This document shows, in pieces, positions 55,664 through 64,000 of a stretch of DNA of 64,000 nt. Location: the NCBI GenBank assembly GCA_040389905.1, contig JAZJZK010000002.1:1-64000 (forward strand), given 5' to 3'. The notes under the pieces were generated by a model. It was not told the origin of the DNA, ran no database searches, and saw only the letters and a list, made by a program, of their open reading frames with translations. The position numbers and the translations under genes were made by a program. Source of the stretch: Gemmatimonadota bacterium. GTDB lineage: Bacteria; Gemmatimonadota; Gemmatimonadetes; Gemmatimonadales; Gemmatimonadaceae. Position 1 is the first letter of the stretch. Each line of letters opens with the position of its first letter.

Positions 55664-57661
55664 TTAGCGTCCATTAACGGATGGAAGGCGAAGTGCAATG
55701 AATTCCCCAGAATACGGGCCACCACTCACTGCCACGACAATGTATTGCTTCCCTCCCACAGCATAGGTCATCGGCGACCCACTGACCGGTGCGGGAAGCA
55801 GCACCTCACCGACCTCCTTGCCGGTCGCCTTGTCGTATGCGCGCAGCATCGCGCCGCGCGGCCGAGTCGCGAGCGTCGTCACCTGTGGGTCTCCGGCGAT
55901 GACGAGCGTCTTCGTCACGAGGGTCCCGACGATGAACCCGGGCTGTCCGGTGCGCGGGATGGTCATGTCCTTGAGTGCGGCGTGGTTCCGCACCGCATCT
56001 GGCGTCTCTCCGTGAGCCACTTGCCACTTGATCTCGCCCTTGTCGAGATCGATCGCCGAGAGGGTGCCGTAGGGCGGCTTGAAGATCGGTAGGCCTTGCA
56101 CATTGAATCCCCCGCCGCGCCCACCGGTCGCAACACCGGCAATCCAATCCATGTCGGAGCGTTCCTTGTCCGCCGGTTTCACGAGGCCGAGTGATACGGC
56201 CGCGGCGTTCGACGATGCAACGTAGACCGTGTGCGTTACCGGATCATAAGCGCCGCCGGGCCAATTCGTGCCACCATTGGTCGGACCGCGCGCAATGGTG
56301 CCCAATGGTCCCTCGGCCTTGCTGGCGACCGGCGGCGTGAAGATCGGACCAATCTTGTACTTGGAGGCAATCTCCAATCCGGCGGCCTTGAGCTCTGGAG
56401 TGAAGTCGATCAGGTCATCGGTGGACACACCATTCTTCGCATACGCAACGGGGCGCGTCGGAATGGGTTGTGTGGGTGAATACCACTCGCCGGGTACGTC
56501 ACCCTTTTCGACCGGGGTCTCCGTGAACGGCCACACGGGCTTTCCCGTCACACGGTCGAATACGTAGAGGATTCCCTGCTTGGTCGGCAATGCGACACTC
56601 TTGATCGCTCGCCCGCCAACCTTGATGTCCGCGAGGATTGGCGCCGAGGCAAGATCGAAGTCCCAGATGGGATGGTGCACGATCTGGTAATGCCACTTCT
56701 TCTTGCCCGTGCGCAGATCGAGGCACACGAGGCTCTCGCCATAGAGGTTGTTCCCCGGCCGGTGGCCGCCATAGTAGTCACCGGTCGGGGACTCGACCGG
56801 GAGATAGACGAGACCGAGTTCTTCATCGACCGTGACCTGCGTCCACACACCAGTATTTCCTGTGTACTCGGCGGATCCATTCTTCCAGCTGTCGTAGCCC
56901 GGCTCACCCTTGACCGGAATCGTATGAAAGGTCCAGAGGCGCTTGCCCGTTTTCACGTCGAAACCGCGCACGTAGCCCTTGTTGTTCCGGTAGCTCTTCG
57001 GCGCCGAGCCTTCCTTGAAAGCCGCGCCAATCACCACCACGTTGCGCCCGACGACAGGCGCTCCCTGATACCCGATCTCTCCGGTTGTGAGATCGGGCAA
57101 GATCGTCTGGTCGATATCCGTCTTGAGATCGACCACGCCGTCGGTGCCGAACGACGGGATTCGCGCGCCCGTCGCCGCACTCAAGGCGATCAGGCGGTAG
57201 CCCGGTGTGACGTAAAGAATCCGCGCCTCTTTACCATCGGTCCAATAGGCGAGTCCGCGTCCGGAAAGCGCTCTCGCCGCCGCTGCGCCCCGCTCGCCCT
57301 CGTCTTCCCGATGGACCCAGCGCTGTTCGCCCGTCACAGCATCGAGCGCCACGACCGCTCGGCCGGTGCCGCCTGTGGTGTACAACACGCCACCAACGAC
57401 GAGCGGCGTCCCTTCGAGCTTGAACTCGGGGCGCGGACCGAGCGAATCCGTCTTGAAGCGCCACGCCACTTCGAGCGTGCTGAAATTGTTCGCGGCGATC
57501 TGATCGAGCGGTGAATAGCGTGAGCCACGCGTATCACCCGTGTAGCTCGGCCATTCCCCCGTGCGCGTGGAGAAGGGAGCCTGCGTGGGCGCGGACTGCG
57601 CGTGCGCGAGGGAGTGCGAGGCGCACAGCGAAAGGAGCAGCAGCGGGACCACACGCATCAT
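55664..57661 (-). CDS. PQQ-dependent dehydrogenase (glucose/quinate-like, soluble)
   Basis: RYSPLDQI, EGTPL, RGLAYW, YQIVHHPIWDFD, GGTNWPGG, KPPYG, SPMTY..GGKQY. Confidence 0.92.
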   Translation of the reverse strand: MMRVVPLLLLSLCASHSLAHAQSAPTQAPFSTRTGEWPSYTGDTRGSRYSPLDQIAANNFSTLEVAWRFKTDSLGPRPEFKLEGTPLVVGGVLYTTGGTGRAVVALDAVTGEQRWVHREDEGERGAAAARALSGRGLAYWTDGKEARILYVTPGYRLIALSAATGARIPSFGTDGVVDLKTDIDQTILPDLTTGEIGYQGAPVVGRNVVVIGAAFKEGSAPKSYRNNKGYVRGFDVKTGKRLWTFHTIPVKGEPGYDSWKNGSAEYTGNTGVWTQVTVDEELGLVYLPVESPTGDYYGGHRPGNNLYGESLVCLDLRTGKKKWHYQIVHHPIWDFDLASAPILADIKVGGRAIKSVALPTKQGILYVFDRVTGKPVWPFTETPVEKGDVPGEWYSPTQPIPTRPVAYAKNGVSTDDLIDFTPELKAAGLEIASKYKIGPIFTPPVASKAEGPLGTIARGPTNGGTNWPGGAYDPVTHTVYVASSNAAAVSLGLVKPADKERSDMDWIAGVATGGRGGGFNVQGLPIFKPPYGTLSAIDLDKGEIKWQVAHGETPDAVRNHAALKDMTIPRTGQPGFIVGTLVTKTLVIAGDPQVTTLATRPRGAMLRAYDKATGKEVGEVLLPAPVSGSPMTYAVGGKQYIVVAVSGGPYSGEFIALRLPSVNGR

Positions 57662-57696
57662 TCGTCTCCAAGAATGGGAACTGGAACGCCCAAGGG

Positions 57697-58626
57697 TCAC
57701 CGCCGGGAGAGGTGAATGCCCGCGAGCATGCAACGCACCGATCCCCCCGCCAACTCGATCGTGGGGACGGAAAGGGGGAGCAATTGCGCCGAACGCGAAA
57801 TTGCCTGCCGTTGCGCGTCCGTCAAGCTTGCCGCCGCGCGCTCCGACATGGCGAGGACGCGTCCCTCCGTTGCCGACAGCTCGAGGGCATTGCCCGCGAA
57901 CTCCGTGATCTGCTGCTGGTCGAGTGCGATCACGGTGCGCCCGGTCTCCTCGAGGCGCGCCCGTACCTCCGCACGCCGCTTATCGTCGGCGATGAGGTCG
58001 AGGCCGACGAGCGCGAACTCAGTCGCGACGCACATCATGACGTTCGTATGGTAGATCGCGTGACCGGAGCGATCCGCCGTCGCGAACGCCATCGGTTCGA
58101 AGTTGAAGTGCGTGCAGAAGCGCTCGAGCGCGATCGGATCGGCGCGGTTGGACTTCGCCGTGTAGGCGATGCGCGCGCCGTGATCGAGCACCATCGCCCC
58201 CGTACCTTCGAGAAACACGCCATCGTACTCGAGACCGGAGTAGTCGATGACGTCCTGGACGCGATACTCGGACTTGAGCATCTCGATGATGTCGGAGCGC
58301 CGCTCACGCCGCCTGCTGGGTGAGTACATCGGGTACAGCGCCACATGTCCGCCGGGATGCGTCGAGAACCAGTTGTTCGGGAACACGGAATCCGGGGTCT
58401 GTCGCTCACCGTGGTCGTCGAAGACGTGAACGTGCACGCCGACGTCGGTGAGTCGAGCCGCGGCGATCGTGACTTCGTCGCGGGCGAGACGGGCGATGTC
58501 GGCCGCAGTGCCGTCGGCACTCGTCCGCTGGAAGGCGTTGTCCGCGGCCGTTTCGGGATTCGGATGAAAGCGATGCGGGCGGATCATGACGACGGCCCGC
58601 GGGGCCTGCAGGGAGTTGATATGCAT
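57697..58626 (-). CDS. ctlX: Amidinotransferase-family hydrolase (CtlX-like)
   Basis: VVMIRP, PDSVFPNNWFS, LEGTGAMVLD, IYHTNVMM, GGSVRCMLA. Confidence 0.88.
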   Translation of the reverse strand: MHINSLQAPRAVVMIRPHRFHPNPETAADNAFQRTSADGTAADIARLARDEVTIAAARLTDVGVHVHVFDDHGERQTPDSVFPNNWFSTHPGGHVALYPMYSPSRRRERRSDIIEMLKSEYRVQDVIDYSGLEYDGVFLEGTGAMVLDHGARIAYTAKSNRADPIALERFCTHFNFEPMAFATADRSGHAIYHTNVMMCVATEFALVGLDLIADDKRRAEVRARLEETGRTVIALDQQQITEFAGNALELSATEGRVLAMSERAAASLTDAQRQAISRSAQLLPLSVPTIELAGGSVRCMLAGIHLSRR

Positions 58627-58713
58627 ACAGTTGGGCTGAGGATGCGGGCAGTTGAAAGTTCGATCGATGACACGGTACTGGACAACCCTGCGTGAGTCGT
58701 GCCTCTTCACCGC

Positions 58714-60015
58714 ATGACAGACCACGACCCATCGCGCCGTGAGTTTCTTGCCTTTCTAGCGGGCAGTCCCTTGCTCGCCGCGGCGGGACTCGATTCAGAC
58801 TTCGTCACGCGTCTCGTCGCCAATGACTCACGCCGGAGCACGGACGCTCTGGCACTCGCGCACCGCCTCGTCGAACAGAATCAGGCGCCAACTCCGATCC
58901 GATCCGCAAACGAAGCGTTGAGCGTCTTCGATTTCGAACCGGTCGCCAAACAGAAGATTCCCGTGGCGCATTGGGGGTACCTGAGCACTGGTACCGACGA
59001 TGACGGCACCATTCGCGCGAACCGCGAAGGCTTCGACCGCTGGGCATTGCGGCCCCGCCGGCTCGTCGAGGTGAGCCGAGTCGACGCCGGTGTCACATTG
59101 TTCGGAAATCGCTATCCAACGCCGATCGTCATCAACCCCGTCGGCAGCCAGAAGGCGTTTCATCCCGATGGGGAGATCGCGGTGGCGCGCGCGGCGAAGG
59201 CGCGCGATCACCTGATGGTCTTGTCCACTGTGGCGACGACGTCAATCGAGGACGCGATTGCCGCGCGCGGGGCCCCCGTGTGGTTCCAACTCTATCATCA
59301 GTCCGACTGGGCCATCACGCGGCAGATCATCCAGCGGGTCGAGCGTGCGGGTGCGCCGGCCATCGTGTTCACTGTCGACCTGATCGGCGGGAGCAATCGC
59401 GAGACGATGCTTCGTGAGGCGCGTCGCGATGCGCGCACCTGCAAGAACTGTCATCTCGGGGGCGCACCACTTCCCGGTTTGACGGGGAAGGTCGACGTCG
59501 ATCGCGACAATCGTCGCAAGCCGAATCTGTATGGTTACGAAAAGCGCACTCCGATTCCCGAGGTTGGCACCCCAACGTGGGAGTACGTCGACCGGATCCG
59601 AAACGCGACCCAGATGAAGGTGCTCGTGAAAGGCATCGTCACGCGAGAGGATGCGGAGATCGCCGTGCAACACGGCGTCGACGGACTCTTCGTATCGAAC
59701 CACGGCGGCCGAGCGGACAATTCGTTGCGCGCAACGGTGACGTCGCTCCCCGAGGTTGTTCAGGGAGTGGCGGGAAGAATTCCGCTCATCTGCGACGGCG
59801 GTTTCCGGCGTGGCACCGACATCTTCAAGGCGATGGCACTCGGCGCGACGGCCATCGGAATCGGTCGGCCGTACATCTGGGGGCTCGGCGCGTTCGGGCA
59901 GGAGGGCGTCGACGCCGTGTTGGCGATCCTGCGGAAGGAATTCGAGGTTGTCATGCGGCAGAGCGGTACGACTACCATCAGCGCGATCACGCGCAATCAT
60001 GTCGTGGTGCGTTAG
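58714..60015 (+). CDS. FMN-dependent alpha-hydroxy acid oxidase/dehydrogenase with Tat signal
   Basis: SRREFL, LRPRRL, WFQLY, TVD, KGI, SNHGGR, DGGFRRGTD, GRP. Confidence 0.92.
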   Translation: MTDHDPSRREFLAFLAGSPLLAAAGLDSDFVTRLVANDSRRSTDALALAHRLVEQNQAPTPIRSANEALSVFDFEPVAKQKIPVAHWGYLSTGTDDDGTIRANREGFDRWALRPRRLVEVSRVDAGVTLFGNRYPTPIVINPVGSQKAFHPDGEIAVARAAKARDHLMVLSTVATTSIEDAIAARGAPVWFQLYHQSDWAITRQIIQRVERAGAPAIVFTVDLIGGSNRETMLREARRDARTCKNCHLGGAPLPGLTGKVDVDRDNRRKPNLYGYEKRTPIPEVGTPTWEYVDRIRNATQMKVLVKGIVTREDAEIAVQHGVDGLFVSNHGGRADNSLRATVTSLPEVVQGVAGRIPLICDGGFRRGTDIFKAMALGATAIGIGRPYIWGLGAFGQEGVDAVLAILRKEFEVVMRQSGTTTISAITRNHVVVR

Positions 60016-60025
60016 GGTGGTGGCG

Positions 60026-61117
60026 TCAGTCGTTGCGGTCGATGGGAAATGCGGCACGCAGGACGTCGTCGTACACCGCCGCGCGCTTGTCCCACGTATG
60101 GTGCGCGAGGATGTAGCGTTGCGCGGCGTCCCTGTCCCAGTACTGCCGGGATGCCTCGATGACACGCGCGGTCATATCTTCGATGTCGCCATTGGCAACG
60201 ACATACCCCAGGCCGGAGGCGTGCACGACATGGTCGTTTGGAAAACCGGACTCGCTCACAACGGGAAGCCCCGCGCGCAGGTAATAGTAGATCTTGGTGC
60301 TCTCGTTGTTATGCATCCACGGGCCTGCCGACACGACGACGCCGACGTCGGCACAACGCATGTGATCCCATGCTGATTCATGCGGCACGCTACCAAGGTG
60401 CGTGACGAATCGCGGGTCGAGCTTCGAGCGATCGCCTCCGCCAAGAACGTAGAGGCTTCCCCGGCTGGCGATTCGCGCGCCGAGCTCGTTCAGCTTTTGC
60501 GAGAGGACTCGCGTGGCCTCCGGTTGATTGTTGTACAGGTTCCCGGAAAAGACGCAACGGATTCCTCGTCGCGGGGGAAAAGGATCCGGCCCCAAGGGAG
60601 GCAACTCGGCATCGGTCGCACCGGGAACGAGGAGAAAGCCCGCGTGCGCGCCGATGGACTGTTCCCAGAGCGTTTGCGCCGGCGGCGAGAGCACGGTGAT
60701 GTGCCGCGCCCGCGCGTGAATGTCGCGTTGGACCTCGAACATCCGTCGACGTTGGGCGCCGTAGAAGTAGATGCCGGCCATGTCCGCCGGCCCAACGACC
60801 GAGCCAAGTTTCGCGATGATGAACGGATGGTCGGCGCCGCCCCGGTGCCGCAGCGTGGTGAACCCCTGGTGGAAGAGTGTCTTCACGACGTCGTACTCGT
60901 TCCAGCGAACACTCCCCAGTGGAATCCGGCGAAGATTCGGGGCCATCTGCACCGGGCGCCGATTCAGGCGAAAGGTGAACTCCGCGCTCGCGATGTCGAC
61001 CTGATGTCCGCAGCGCGCGAGGGCCTCGGACATCCTGATCCATCGGATGTGGGCCATGTCTCGCGGCTGGCGGAAGATGTCCCGCTCTGTGTTGTAGACC
61101 GTAACGATTCTCGCCAT
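60026..61117 (-). CDS. Glycosyltransferase (GT-B fold)
   Basis: HLGSVPH, STKIYYYLRAGLPVVS, HTWDKRA. Confidence 0.8.
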   Translation of the reverse strand: MARIVTVYNTERDIFRQPRDMAHIRWIRMSEALARCGHQVDIASAEFTFRLNRRPVQMAPNLRRIPLGSVRWNEYDVVKTLFHQGFTTLRHRGGADHPFIIAKLGSVVGPADMAGIYFYGAQRRRMFEVQRDIHARARHITVLSPPAQTLWEQSIGAHAGFLLVPGATDAELPPLGPDPFPPRRGIRCVFSGNLYNNQPEATRVLSQKLNELGARIASRGSLYVLGGGDRSKLDPRFVTHLGSVPHESAWDHMRCADVGVVVSAGPWMHNNESTKIYYYLRAGLPVVSESGFPNDHVVHASGLGYVVANGDIEDMTARVIEASRQYWDRDAAQRYILAHHTWDKRAAVYDDVLRAAFPIDRND

Positions 61118-61134
61118 TCGCTGGGCACTGAACG

Positions 61135-62385
61135 TTGAGCACTCCGGTGAGGGACATCGGCGAGACGTCACACCGGCCACGCGTCGCATTTCTGGCCCGC
61201 AACATGATGGTTGGGGGCGCAGAACGCACCTATCTCAATCTGGCGAATCACACGCGGCACGTAACGCCAGTGCTCGTTCTACTCGAACGGCGAGGTGACC
61301 TACTCCGCCAGCTGTCAGCGGATCTGGATGTTCGCTCGCTCGCCGGCAACGAGGCCAACGACTCCGGCACACCGGAATTGCTGCAACGAATTCCCGGCGC
61401 GTCAATCCCACAACTCCTGCGCGAATGCCGGCGCCTGACAACACTCGTTGACACGCTGGACATCCGCGTGGTGTCCTCCTTTGTCATGCGAACGCACCTG
61501 ATCGCGTTGATGGTCAAGCAGTTATTTCGTCCGGAGTTGCGCGTGGTGCTGAACATCCATGAGCACATGTCGGAGTCTCTCGGCTATCTCTACCCAACGC
61601 CGCGCTCCCGCCTCGCCGCACGGTGGGTCGCCACGCAGCTGTTTCCACGCGCAGACCGGATTGTCGTCGTCGCAGATGAACTGAAGCGCGATCTTGCGGC
61701 GAACTTCGGAGCCTCCCCGCGCCTGATTGCGGTTCACCGCAATCCGGTCGACCTCGAAGGAATTCGCGCGCTCTCCCGAGAGCCGGTGTCGCCTTTCTTT
61801 CCCGACGACGACAACCGGCCGATGATCTGCGCCCTGGGCCGAGTCGTGTACCTCAAGGGTATCGACATACTCCTGAACGCAATGGCGGCGCTGAGGCCAA
61901 CACTGGCCACGCGACTCATTGTCGTTGGCGATGGCCCCGAGCGAGAAAGGCTTTCCGGACAGGCCCGTCAACTTGGGTTGGAGGACGCCGTCCGCTTCGT
62001 GGGATGGCAAAGCAACCCGTGGCGCTACCTCGCGCGCGCGAATGTGCTCGCCCTTTGCTCGCGAACAGAGGCTTTCCCGAATGCACTGGTGGAGGCGATG
62101 GCGCTCGGCATCCCTACCGTCGCCGTCGAGTGCACTGCGGGAATCCGGGAATGTCTGGACGACGGCGATGCGGGCCTCTTGGTTCCACCCAATGACGGGC
62201 CTGCGCTCAGCAGAGCGCTTCACCGTGTGCTCACCGAGCCGGCGCTCGCCGCGTCCCTCTCCCAGCGGGGCACTGCTCACGTGGCCCAGTTCGGTCTCGC
62301 ATCACGGGTCGCGGACTACGAGGCGATGCTATTGGAGCAGCTCACACCGTCCTCGCCGCGAGGTAAACGGACTCCCGTGCGTTGA
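61135..62385 (+). CDS. Glycosyltransferase family 4
   Basis: GGAER, GRVVYLKG, VGDGPER, EAFPNALVEAMALG. Confidence 0.9.
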   Translation: MSTPVRDIGETSHRPRVAFLARNMMVGGAERTYLNLANHTRHVTPVLVLLERRGDLLRQLSADLDVRSLAGNEANDSGTPELLQRIPGASIPQLLRECRRLTTLVDTLDIRVVSSFVMRTHLIALMVKQLFRPELRVVLNIHEHMSESLGYLYPTPRSRLAARWVATQLFPRADRIVVVADELKRDLAANFGASPRLIAVHRNPVDLEGIRALSREPVSPFFPDDDNRPMICALGRVVYLKGIDILLNAMAALRPTLATRLIVVGDGPERERLSGQARQLGLEDAVRFVGWQSNPWRYLARANVLALCSRTEAFPNALVEAMALGIPTVAVECTAGIRECLDDGDAGLLVPPNDGPALSRALHRVLTEPALAASLSQRGTAHVAQFGLASRVADYEAMLLEQLTPSSPRGKRTPVR

Positions 62386-63166
62386 GGCCGTGAATGTTTG
62401 GTGCGCCGCCAAACCCCGTTGGGTTCGTGACCCAGCGGAACACCGTCACCGCGAAACCTGCCCCGGCAAGCCGGCTGCGATAGTCGGCAGCGTAGATGCG
62501 CACGTGATCTTCCTGGCCGAAGGCCTGCTCCCGACCCGCCGTCGACGTGATTGACGGATCCTCGTACGTGTGTTCGAGCGTCTCCGAGAGCGGGACCTGA
62601 AGAATGGCCCAGCCCCCCGGTTTCAGCACTCGATGGAGTTCGGACATCGCGCGACGGTCGTCGGGGATGTGTTCAAGCACGTGGTTGCAGAGAATGACGT
62701 CGAAGGTGGCGTCGGGAAACTGGATGTCGGTGACGTCCATCCGGATCATGACTTCGGAGGGGTCGAGATCGGCCGACAGGTAATCGATATTCGCGCTGGC
62801 CCGCAGCGCGGCCGCGAGTCTGGGTTCCGGCGCCACGTGCAGCACCTTCTGTGGCTTCGCGAAGAGATCCGTTTGCTGAAGGAGATAGAGATAAAGGAGT
62901 CGCTCGCGATCCAGGGAACGACAGACGGGACAGCGCGCCTGTTCCCGATACCCACCGCCCACCACCGCAAGCTCCTGCAGCACGGGGAAGGTGGCTCCGA
63001 AGGGAACGAAGCGTCGAAGCCGCGCGCGACAGAAGGGGCACACGTACCGAAGTCCAAACGAAGACAGCTTCCTGAGCGCAGTTCTCGTCTTCGCACCCAG
63101 TGCTCTGCGCAGGCGCCACACAATGGCATCTCTCACGACGGCATTCTGGAGAAAAGAAGCGCACAA
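62342..63166 (-). CDS. Class I SAM-dependent methyltransferase with N-terminal CxxC pairs
   Basis: CPFC..CPVCRSLDRER, LHVAPE, CNHVLEH, RVLKPGG, FGQEDHVR; start uncertain. Confidence 0.85.
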   Translation of the reverse strand: MCASFLQNAVVRDAIVWRLRRALGAKTRTALRKLSSFGLRYVCPFCRARLRRFVPFGATFPVLQELAVVGGGYREQARCPVCRSLDRERLLYLYLLQQTDLFAKPQKVLHVAPEPRLAAALRASANIDYLSADLDPSEVMIRMDVTDIQFPDATFDVILCNHVLEHIPDDRRAMSELHRVLKPGGWAILQVPLSETLEHTYEDPSITSTAGREQAFGQEDHVRIYAADYRSRLAGAGFAVTVFRWVTNPTGFGGAPNIHGLNARESVYLAARTV

Positions 63167-63181
63167 TGCAATCTTGTGCCC

Positions 63182-64000
63182 GTGAGCACGAGCGCGCGGG
63201 TCCTCTCACTGCACGGAGTCGCCACGAATGTGGACCACCGACTGTTCTCCTTTCGCAACATGTGCGAGGAGAATGATCTTGGGCGCTTCCTACGCGCCGC
63301 CGCCCCCTTCGTTCCACTTGCTAACGCACTTACCGGCAAGGGCATTGGGCTGACGATCGACGACGCCACAGGCGGCGCGGCGGCGGCGGCGATGCTGGCA
63401 AGGAATCTTGGACACGCCGTGACGCTGTTCGTGAACCCCGAGCAGGTCGAACTCGGCACGCCGCACTCCTTTCTCGTCATGCATCTCATGCTCGACACGC
63501 TTGGCGGCCGGCCGGTGTCGCTCTGGGGAGAACGGTATCCTAGCAGAAGCAAGGCGAACCGACAGCAGTTGCACTCGGCAATCAAGACGCGCCTTCGGGC
63601 GATCGTGGACGAACGCGCGCGGCTCGCGATGCTCTCAGACCTCGGTGCGGAATGGGGAACGGCTCGGTTCACGGTGCCGCCTCACCTGCGGACCTTGACG
63701 CGCGACGACCTGATCGCCCTGCGCGATGCGGGGGTCGACATTCAGAACCATGGCTGGTCACACACCTCGCATCGCGACTTATCGGCGCAGGATAGCGCGC
63801 GGGAAATCGCGAGTGGTCGTGCGTGGCTGCAACGTGAACTCCGTGTCGACGCACCGTTGTTCGCGGTCCCATTCGGCGACGACCTTCCGCATCCGTCCGT
63901 GTCAGCGGACTGTACGACCTGGTTCAGCCTTCATCCCGCACTGGCCTCAGGGTGGCTGGCACCGGACGTGTTCAATCGTGATGTGTTGGACGTGACTCCG
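63182..64000 (+). CDS. Polysaccharide deacetylase (NodB homology), partial, runs off the window end
   Basis: Own translation from GTG 63182: LSLHG, LTIDDA, VTLFV, GVDIQNHGWSH, FAVPFG; absent from the ORF track because no stop lies in the window. Confidence 0.8.
   Translation, partial: MSTSARVLSLHGVATNVDHRLFSFRNMCEENDLGRFLRAAAPFVPLANALTGKGIGLTIDDATGGAAAAAMLARNLGHAVTLFVNPEQVELGTPHSFLVMHLMLDTLGGRPVSLWGERYPSRSKANRQQLHSAIKTRLRAIVDERARLAMLSDLGAEWGTARFTVPPHLRTLTRDDLIALRDAGVDIQNHGWSHTSHRDLSAQDSAREIASGRAWLQRELRVDAPLFAVPFGDDLPHPSVSADCTTWFSLHPALASGWLAPDVFNRDVLDVTP

Noticed and set aside
1..64000. tRNA, rRNA, prophage or integrase genes
   Set aside because: No cloverleaf, rRNA-like tract, phage structural gene or recombinase motif recognised

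Overview
High-GC bacterial chromosomal window; the gene content (PadR plus duplicated ABC permease, DUF1800/DUF1501, NHL proteins, EF-G2) suggests Gemmatimonadota or a similar lineage, which is inference only. It holds about 50 CDS: a pantothenate operon, EF-G2, thyX, a KamA radical SAM + 2 ATP-grasp + GNAT operon, an oxalate operon (oxlT, panE2-like, oxalyl-CoA synthetase-like, glyoxylate aminotransferase), ABC/efflux systems, a PQQ dehydrogenase with cytochrome c, and a glycosyltransferase cluster at the right end. The most unusual signal is the non-coding mobile and repeat content. (1) A GxxExxY PD-(D/E)XK nuclease gene is bounded by ~55 bp terminal inverted repeats (51823-52413) and sits inside the oxalate operon, with related gene-less hairpin copies elsewhere and an apparent mirrored T-rich/A-rich codon skew on its flanks. 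(2) The 3' end of a group II intron at 1-49 has a 3' exon matching a dispersed repeat that is intron-free at 25243-25338. (3) REP-like palindromes are read in frame inside proteins (GNAT, probably cytochrome c). (4) A degenerate 21-bp array lies at 23860-24180. (5) An unannotated 27-aa RiPP-precursor-like ORF lies at 49320-49403. No tRNA, rRNA or CRISPR array was seen. All calls come from reading the sequence; no database searches were run.
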